The notes beneath the pieces were generated by a model. That model saw nothing but the letters and a program-made list of their open reading frames with translations, made no database searches and was not told the DNA's origin. DNA of 64,000 nucleotides from Minisyncoccota bacterium. GTDB lineage: Bacteria; Patescibacteriota; Minisyncoccia; Phycocordibacterales; SW-6-46-9. The position numbers and the translations under genes are program-made. The stretch spans positions 85,337-149,336 of the forward strand of contig JBBDRP010000002.1 of assembly GCA_040905385.1 (NCBI GenBank), written 5' to 3'. Every line of letters starts with the position of its first letter. The stretch's first letter is position 1. This document shows positions 57,902-64,000 of this stretch, one piece after another.

Positions 57902-58408
57902 CTACTCTGGTTCGATCATCATGTTCAGTCCTTTCGGTCCTTTACGTGCGCCTTGGGTGATTTTGTAGTCAGTACTAATAAACTTGAGAAAACGATCCAG
58001 GCGCTCCTGATGGAAGCTTCGGCCAAGGCCCTTGGCCCGTCCTCGCAGATACAGCTCAAGCTTAACGCGATTTCCATCCTTGAGCCATTTGGTGGCTCGG
58101 TTCGCCTTCATCTCCAGGTCATTTTCCGAGGTACCAATCTTTACCTGGACGGTTTTGGTTTCGACCTGTTTGGACTTGGAGTTGTCCTGCTTCTTCTTCT
58201 GTTCGTACTTATACTTTCCAAAGTCCATTATCTTGGCGACCGGTGGATTGCTTTGTGGAGCAATCTCTACCAGATCCAGCTCGGCCTCCTCGGCCATTTT
58301 CAGGGCTTCATCTCGGGACTTTACCCCCACATTCTCACCGTCCGCATCAATGATACGTAGCTCCTTTGCTCTAATGTCTGCGTTTGTGCGAGTGTTATTT
58401 CTTGCCAC
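57902..58408 (-). CDS. infC: Translation initiation factor IF-3
   Basis: IRAKELRIID..GEN.G, LDLVEI, PPVAKIMDFGKYKYE. GTG start. Confidence 0.97.
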   Translation of the reverse strand: MARNNTRTNADIRAKELRIIDADGENVGVKSRDEALKMAEEAELDLVEIAPQSNPPVAKIMDFGKYKYEQKKKQDNSKSKQVETKTVQVKIGTSENDLEMKANRATKWLKDGNRVKLELYLRGRAKGLGRSFHQERLDRFLKFISTDYKITQGARKGPKGLNMMIEPE

Positions 58409-58444
58409 TTGTTAAAGTTGTTTAAATTTAAAGCAGATGTATTT

Positions 58445-58585
58445 ATTGTCTAGCGAAGCGAGAGAAAAGAAAGCTAGCTTTCTTTTCCGAGCGAGCGACG
58501 ACAACAAAAGACACCAGCTTCTGCATCTTTGTTGCAGAGAAACGCGCGAGAGCACGCTTTCTGTCGAGGGTTTATCCCTCGACAA
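58445..58585. repeat. F2-like element and palindromes in the infC leader
   Basis: TTGTC-TAGCGAAGCGAG-hairpin-CGAGCGAGCGAC-GACAA, and TGTCGAGGG...CCCTCGACA. Confidence 0.6.
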
Positions 58586-58622
58586 CGGTGTCTTTTATAC
58601 CATATAGGGGTCTGATTCGCAA

Positions 58623-59969
58623 TTATATTACCCCCTTAATCCAGCGCAGCAGTGTCTTGGTGTCGTCGCCGCGATTTTCAGCCCCCAACACAATAACAAC
58701 AATGTTTCGACTGCTGTTTTCCGCATCGACAGTATAGATTGAAAGCAGCGTATGTCGCGCGCGATCTGTGTAGCCATTTTTCCCACCATGATAATTGTCC
58801 ATACCAACTACCGGGTTGTTGTTGGTAAAGTTACGCAGTCCGTCCGAATATGGGTCCGGTGTTGTGCTCATGATCTCTGTGGTGGTATCAAGTATCGATC
58901 GGTGGTAAGACCAGATGTAGCGAGCTAGCCGCAATAGGTCGTGTCCTGTAGAGGTATTTAGATCTGAGAGACCGCTAGGGTCATCAAATATTGTAGTACG
59001 CATTCCTAGCGTGCGGGCCTTCTGATTCATTAGCTCCATAAATCTGTCGTATCCGTAATGCTCGGCGATGGCCGTAGCAGCATCATTGGATGAGTCCAAG
59101 AGCAGCGGTAGGTACAGCGTACTGAGCCCGAAGGCTTCTCCTGCTGATAGGCCACCAGAGTTTCCATATGTAGCCGCGGCGTTAGGGCTGATGTATACCG
59201 GGTCACTTGATCTGTTGTTCTCGCGAGCCACCACAGCCGTCATAAGCTTGGTGATTGAAGCAATCGCTAAAGAGCGACGGGACCTCTTATGAGCAATGAC
59301 TTCACCAGTGTCGATATCAGCAATGATGTACGCCTGTGCTGATACTGGCGGTGGTGAAGAAGAGAGAGTCTCCCCAATCTCGTTGCCGTACGAGACGATG
59401 ACTGGTGTGTCCTGACTGGCTAGGTCGTACAATCGCTGGGCATCATCGTGACGTAGCGGAATTCCACCACCGATCTCACCGGCTCCTTGGGGTTGTCCGT
59501 ACACTGAGATGTTGCGGTAGAACTGCTGTGTGTATGGGTTGCGTGTACCATTTTTTGCAGAGAGATGCCGCTCATTTCGGTAATGTATTCGGTGCTGTCC
59601 GGCCGGAAGCTCGTCTTCAGTAAGCTCGCCCCTGTCGAGAAGTATTGGATAGGTATGGGCGATGCGGCCATTTTCGTACCAGTACAGCTCCATGGCATTT
59701 AGGTCAATGCCGATAAACTGACCGTAGCGGTCTGCCTGTGCCTCTAGCTCGGGTGATGGTCCGATGGCGCGATCAACACCGGCAACGCTGCCGCGCTCGG
59801 CGATTTCGCTCCAGAATGCATTTCCTGGCTCCTGCTGGGTCAGTTCCTCGACTTGATCCTCCTGGGTAAATACACCACTAGCAAAGCCGATACCAACCGC
59901 AGTGGTAACGAGTAGTATGACGACAAATGATATGTAAAAGGGGTCGTAGGTTAGGTTGGTTTTCTTCAT
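58623..59969 (-). CDS. Peptidase S11 DD-carboxypeptidase fused to a degenerate YkuD-like domain
   Basis: ASITKLM (SxxK), SSND (SxN), DPSGL, GGKNGYT. N-terminal TM, then IDL..MELY...TPVIV YkuD-like fold. Confidence 0.8.
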   Translation of the reverse strand: MKKTNLTYDPFYISFVVILLVTTAVGIGFASGVFTQEDQVEELTQQEPGNAFWSEIAERGSVAGVDRAIGPSPELEAQADRYGQFIGIDLNAMELYWYENGRIAHTYPILLDRGELTEDELPAGQHRIHYRNERHLSAKNGTRNPYTQQFYRNISVYGQPQGAGEIGGGIPLRHDDAQRLYDLASQDTPVIVSYGNEIGETLSSSPPPVSAQAYIIADIDTGEVIAHKRSRRSLAIASITKLMTAVVARENNRSSDPVYISPNAAATYGNSGGLSAGEAFGLSTLYLPLLLDSSNDAATAIAEHYGYDRFMELMNQKARTLGMRTTIFDDPSGLSDLNTSTGHDLLRLARYIWSYHRSILDTTTEIMSTTPDPYSDGLRNFTNNNPVVGMDNYHGGKNGYTDRARHTLLSIYTVDAENSSRNIVVIVLGAENRGDDTKTLLRWIKGVI

Positions 59970-60096
59970 AAGACAGGGTGGTGTCAGTGGATAAATTGTA
60001 TCATGTAGTGGATTCAAGTAGGTATTGTAAATAAAAACCCCGCAAACTAATGTTAGCTTACGGGGTCTGCTGTCGGCGGGGGTATGAATTATTATT

Positions 60097-60552
60097 TTAT
60101 TTCACAGGATATGTTTCTCCAGGTATGTTTTTTCTCTCTAGAGTTATTACTCTAACTGATTTTACGAGCCGGAAATACTTTTTCTTCTCCTTAAATTCAG
60201 GAATACTTTTTGCAACCTCATCCATTTTAAGGCGGGTAGTTTTAACCTTTACTCCATTAAGCCGATCTTGGCACTCAGTAACGGTGTCTAGATTTTCAGA
60301 CTTACTACCATTCTTAACTGGAAAAAAGACTGATCGCGTACATTCCGGAGTGTTATCTTTAGGTAGGATTCTTGCTGTTCTCCACTCTAGGTGAGGATAG
60401 AGATCTTCCAGTCCTGCCTCCATTAGTTTTGTATCAGGAATTACCTGATCAGCACATTCGAGTATGAACAAAAGCCCTACTTCTATGGTTTGAACAATTT
60501 GCTTTTCTTCGGTATCTTTCAGTCCATTGATCGCTACTCTTCTTACTGTCAT
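60097..60552 (-). CDS. Hypothetical protein (AT-rich ORFan)
   Basis: AAGGAG SD, TTGCAT-N16-TATACT, terminator at about 60033-60067. Confidence 0.6.
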   Translation of the reverse strand: MTVRRVAINGLKDTEEKQIVQTIEVGLLFILECADQVIPDTKLMEAGLEDLYPHLEWRTARILPKDNTPECTRSVFFPVKNGSKSENLDTVTECQDRLNGVKVKTTRLKMDEVAKSIPEFKEKKKYFRLVKSVRVITLERKNIPGETYPVK

Positions 60553-60651
60553 TTCTTGCTCCTTTTTATGTGATTTTTAATTAACTGCTGCCCCAAAGTA
60601 TAGAGAACTTATCAAAGAATGCAACACGTATCTGGATGATACAATGGTGGT

Positions 60652-61332
60652 ATGCAATGCGTGATTCTAGCAGCTGGTGAAGGGAAGCGGATGCGACCGC
60701 TGACCAAAGAAACACCAAAACCGCTGGTTCAGGTGGCTGGTAAACCGCTTCTTTGGCATGTGGCGCAGGCGGTACCGGATGAGATTACTGAGTTTATCAT
60801 TGTGGAAGGCTACCTCGGCGATCAGATAAAAGACTACTGTGGTGAGGAGTTTTTAGGTCGGTCGGTAACCTACGTACATCAACCCGAAAAGCTCGGTACG
60901 GCTGATGCCTTACTCCGGTGTCAGGAGGCTATCAATGGACGCTTCTTACTTTTGTACGCCGATGATTTGTTTGGTGGGGAGGGGCTGGAACGTTTGCTCA
61001 CTCACGACAACGCCCTGTTGGTGATGAAGCATGATGAACCTGAGCGTTTCGGGGTGATTGTGGTTAATGAGGCCGGAGAGGTGACTGATATGCTGGAGAA
61101 GCCTGATGACCCTCCGTCTAATTTAGTTTCGGTCGGTCCTATGGTCTTAACAAAGGAAATTTTTAATTACAAGCCAGAGATGCATAAAAGTGGCGAATTA
61201 GCAGTACCCTCAATGGTGCAGAAGATGGCCCAGGACTATCCGATTTATACCGAAGAGGCCAGCTTCTGGTTCCCGGTCGCGAACCCGGATCACGTCAAAG
61301 AGGCCGATGGGATTTTAAAAGAAAGAGAGTAA
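60652..61332 (+). CDS. Sugar-phosphate nucleotidyltransferase (NTP_transferase family)
   Basis: VILAAGEGKRMRPLT..PKPL, LGTADAL, YADD, EKP. Confidence 0.92.
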   Translation: MQCVILAAGEGKRMRPLTKETPKPLVQVAGKPLLWHVAQAVPDEITEFIIVEGYLGDQIKDYCGEEFLGRSVTYVHQPEKLGTADALLRCQEAINGRFLLLYADDLFGGEGLERLLTHDNALLVMKHDEPERFGVIVVNEAGEVTDMLEKPDDPPSNLVSVGPMVLTKEIFNYKPEMHKSGELAVPSMVQKMAQDYPIYTEEASFWFPVANPDHVKEADGILKERE

Positions 61333-61396
61333 ATAAAAAAGATTTAGATATTAAAAAACGCACCAAGGAGTAATCCAAGGTGCGTTTAATCGTGGT

Positions 61397-61891
61397 TTAG
61401 TTTGCCGGTGAGGTGGTGTGGGAATCAGTTATTGGAAAAATAAGTCCAACTCCGGGAACCCTTCTTGCCATCAGTCGTACGGCTGTTTTTGTCAACTGTT
61501 GTTCCATCCAATCAGTTTTGATGTCCTTCAGTCTCTTCAGGTGCTCGGAAACTGACTTACTTTCTGTTTGTTCCAGCTCTTCGTCCGTAAACTGTAAGGG
61601 GACTAATACGATTGGGATCTTACCACTTAGCTGTGAGTACATTGGCTCACCCCATCGTAAATCGTTTTCATCACTTTCGAGTGCTTTTGTTATGTCTTCC
61701 AGTTTTACACTTTCCTTTACGTTTATTCGAAGACCTGCATAAATTATAGTGCGAGCCTTTACGCCCTGCGACTCTTTCTTTCCTTTGTTTGTTGTTGAAA
61801 TCTTATGTTTCACTTTTGCTCCTGCCTTTGGTTTGGGTTTAGTAAGAACTATTGTCTGATCTGATAGTAAAGTATTTTTGTTGTTTGTCAA
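61397..61891 (-). CDS. Hypothetical protein (AT-rich ORFan)
   Basis: 164-aa ORF with an uncertain TTG start; terminator at about 61353-61388. Confidence 0.45.
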   Translation of the reverse strand: MTNNKNTLLSDQTIVLTKPKPKAGAKVKHKISTTNKGKKESQGVKARTIIYAGLRINVKESVKLEDITKALESDENDLRWGEPMYSQLSGKIPIVLVPLQFTDEELEQTESKSVSEHLKRLKDIKTDWMEQQLTKTAVRLMARRVPGVGLIFPITDSHTTSPAN

Positions 61892-62293
61892 CTCTGGCTA
61901 TGTACAGATTGGTGACAAGCAAAAGTAGTTTTTTATGTCAGAATCTAAATAACTCAACCGGTTGAGTTATTTAGATTTTTGGGTCTTAGCATCATCCGAG
62001 TCGTACCTGGAGATTTACTATCCGGAAAAATCTACCAGAAAAGATGTAAATGGATTTACGGAAGTGGGTTGGTGAGTAGCAAGAAAAAGTTGTTATATAA
62101 CGGATTATATAATCAATTATATAAATCAGGTCGAGAGTGAGTGAGTTAGGGAAGGGTGGTAAAAAAAAGCCCACCAGATGATCTGTCTGGCGGGCCGTTG
62201 TTTTATGAAGCCCCAATAAATATTGGGTAATGTGTGAACCTGTGCAATGTCCACACAAATATAATCTAGCACATGTGATGAATTTGTCAAAAA

Positions 62294-62434
62294 ATGTATG
62301 TTCGTGACAATTCTGCCAGAAGAGTCATCGAAGTCTCCGCCAGTGTGGCTGAAGAGCTTGGTCTGAATGTTGGTGATCGGCTGGATGTGTCCCCAGCAAC
62401 CTCGACTCCGTCGGTTGATTGCGCCATGCTTTGA
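62294..62434 (+). pseudogene. C-terminal remnant resembling DUF192-family proteins
   Basis: Translates to ...SARRVIEVSASVAEELGLNVGDRLDV, a GC-richer patch inside AT-rich DNA. Confidence 0.45.
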
Positions 62435-62674
62435 CGATGTATTTTACAAGCATGCAAGGTAGTTTTCTCGTCGGTAAAAAATATTAAATTGTAAAAAAGG
62501 GCCAAGATTAGAGTTTATAATGTAAATAAGCAAACTCGGCTGGTGCCGAGCTTGCTTTCAAAATATTTTATTAAAGCCAGAGAGAAGAGCTGTCGATCTT
62601 ATCTCGGCCCTGTCTTCTGACCTTACTACTATAGTAACGCGCAGGAGTCGGGTAAGTCATGTTGATAACTCATT

Positions 62675-62866
62675 ATGGCACAACCAAAAAACCACGTCAA
62701 AAAATGGACTAAGAAAGATGATTCTAAACTCAAGAAATTAGCCAAAGGTAATACTCCGACAAGGATTATTGGCTTAAAACTCGGTCGAACAGAAGATTCT
62801 GTTCGAAATAGAGCGCATGAAAAAAAGGTCTCACTTAAGCCAACGAATCAATCACCGTACGGTTAA
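62675..62866 (+). CDS. Small basic Myb/GcrA-like HTH protein
   Basis: KWTKKDD..LK.LA...TPTRIIGLKLGRTEDSVR. Terminator at 62891-62916. Confidence 0.75.
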   Translation: MAQPKNHVKKWTKKDDSKLKKLAKGNTPTRIIGLKLGRTEDSVRNRAHEKKVSLKPTNQSPYG

Positions 62867-62975
62867 TAACTCTGACTATCTGAACTGAAACAAAACCCGC
62901 CAATTGGCGGGTTTTGTGATTGGATGGTCACAGCTTGTGAATTTGATGCTACAATAAATTTATAAAACCAAGCTT

Positions 62976-63455
62976 ATGAAGAAAAATATTGTAATAATCG
63001 TCCTGTTCATCGCTTTTATAACAGTGCTGCTATGGCCAAAAGGAGAGCCTTCAGGTGGCGAGCTCGCGGTTACTAGATCTCATACTCCTTCCAGCATTAC
63101 TTCTTCCGAAGATATTACTTGTGAGTATCCTCAGACCTTGAGTGCTAACTACCAAAATGAACAAATATCACACGAGATTCCTGAGCCCGAAACAAACCCT
63201 ATTATTATTACTTATAGCAACATTCAGACAGAAGAACCGACTGTTAAGTTCATTGATGCAACGCAGACAATTTCTGAAAGCAAAGTTATAAAGCTTGTTG
63301 ATGATGAAGATAAGTTCATGTTCTTGGAAGGTGCCGGTGATTCATACTTAACCGTTCACACGATTTATAAAAACACGGGGATATCTACATATACTAAACA
63401 AATCTCATTACTTGGAACACATATAGCAACTTCTGCAGTCGGGACGTGTAGATAA
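62976..63455 (+). CDS. Hypothetical exported protein
   Basis: N-terminal signal/TM, beta-rich domain, two Cys. Confidence 0.65.
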   Translation: MKKNIVIIVLFIAFITVLLWPKGEPSGGELAVTRSHTPSSITSSEDITCEYPQTLSANYQNEQISHEIPEPETNPIIITYSNIQTEEPTVKFIDATQTISESKVIKLVDDEDKFMFLEGAGDSYLTVHTIYKNTGISTYTKQISLLGTHIATSAVGTCR

Positions 63456-63474
63456 TCAGTGATATAATTTATGT

Positions 63475-63840
63475 ATGTTCAACAAGAAATTTATCGGTTC
63501 AAATATTTCTTTAGTAATTGGTATACTTGCAATCATTGCAGGTTTAGCAAATCCCTCTAGCACATTGTTGGCAGGTATTTATATAGTGCTTGGTGCAATT
63601 GCTTATAAATCTCTAAAGAAAAGAAAACTTGGTATTGTCCAGGATTCAAAAATTCGTCCGATTTTGGAGGTTGTGGCAATATTTGCAATCGTCGTCCTAG
63701 TTTTAATGCAGAATAATCTCCGAATGCACCTTATCAACGATCCGTTTCCTAATCTTGTGATACCTCTATGGGTTATCGTTTCATACCTAATCGTGTATTT
63801 CAGAGATATAAAACCTGAACAAATTCAAATCAAGGAATAG
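63475..63840 (+). CDS. Hypothetical four-TM membrane protein
   Basis: 121-aa hydrophobic AT-rich ORF, co-oriented with the upstream gene. Confidence 0.6.
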   Translation: MFNKKFIGSNISLVIGILAIIAGLANPSSTLLAGIYIVLGAIAYKSLKKRKLGIVQDSKIRPILEVVAIFAIVVLVLMQNNLRMHLINDPFPNLVIPLWVIVSYLIVYFRDIKPEQIQIKE

Positions 63841-64000
63841 ATTTTAAGATGTCGCAGGCAGGGGATTGCCGTCATTTCTCAGTAATTTATCGTTGGGGGA
63901 ATTGGTCACAAGTCTTCTCACTGACGTTCGAAGCTCGTGGTGCAGATAAAATATGTATGTCGGGAATCGCCTACAAGTCCTCGCAAAACATAGTCGTGAG

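Noticed and set aside
1-64000. CRISPR array or cas genes
   Set aside because: The repeats are dispersed and structured, not regularly spaced identical repeats with unique spacers. No cas-like ORF is present.
1-64000. Alternative genetic code (UGA = Gly)
   Set aside because: Conserved genes are full length under code 11, and TGA acts as a stop with overlap coupling (14412-14415, 22461-22464).
1-64000. Numerous antisense or shifted-frame ORFs in the track (e.g. 31342-31878, 42095-42640, 50978-51742)
   Set aside because: They are shadows of well-identified genes, with no motifs or expression signals.

Overview
A 64 kb chromosomal segment of a small-genome bacterium, most likely Patescibacteria/CPR (Parcubacteria-like). 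This assignment is inferred from the absence of rpmD in the spc operon, a short L24, a tRNA-Arg(GCG), a tRNA-adjacent free LAGLIDADG gene, a solitary VirD4-like ATPase and standard genetic code 11. The core content is peptidoglycan genes (murE, murF, ddl, a DD-carboxypeptidase), ruvA and yqgF, six tRNAs, rplJL, tuf plus the S10/spc ribosomal cluster through secY-adk-map, infC-rpmI-rplT, ndk and a probable 6S RNA. Three things are not explained by ordinary annotation. (1) Intergenic spaces, tRNA ends and even the L10 leader carry several families of 20-200 bp multi-hairpin repeats with conserved junctions, covarying stems, shuffled modules and GCGAAGC/GCGTAGC-type motifs, and no transposase lies in the window. 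(2) Two expression grammars coexist: many core genes look leaderless or lack a Shine-Dalgarno site, while about ten AT-rich ORFan cassettes carry a -35/-10 promoter, usually an SD, and a terminator. (3) An operon of two acidic giant or low-complexity proteins precedes a VirD4/TraG-like ATPase. Many proteins, including L7/L12 and L19, carry very acidic extensions. All calls come from reading the sequence by eye; no searches or folding programs were run.
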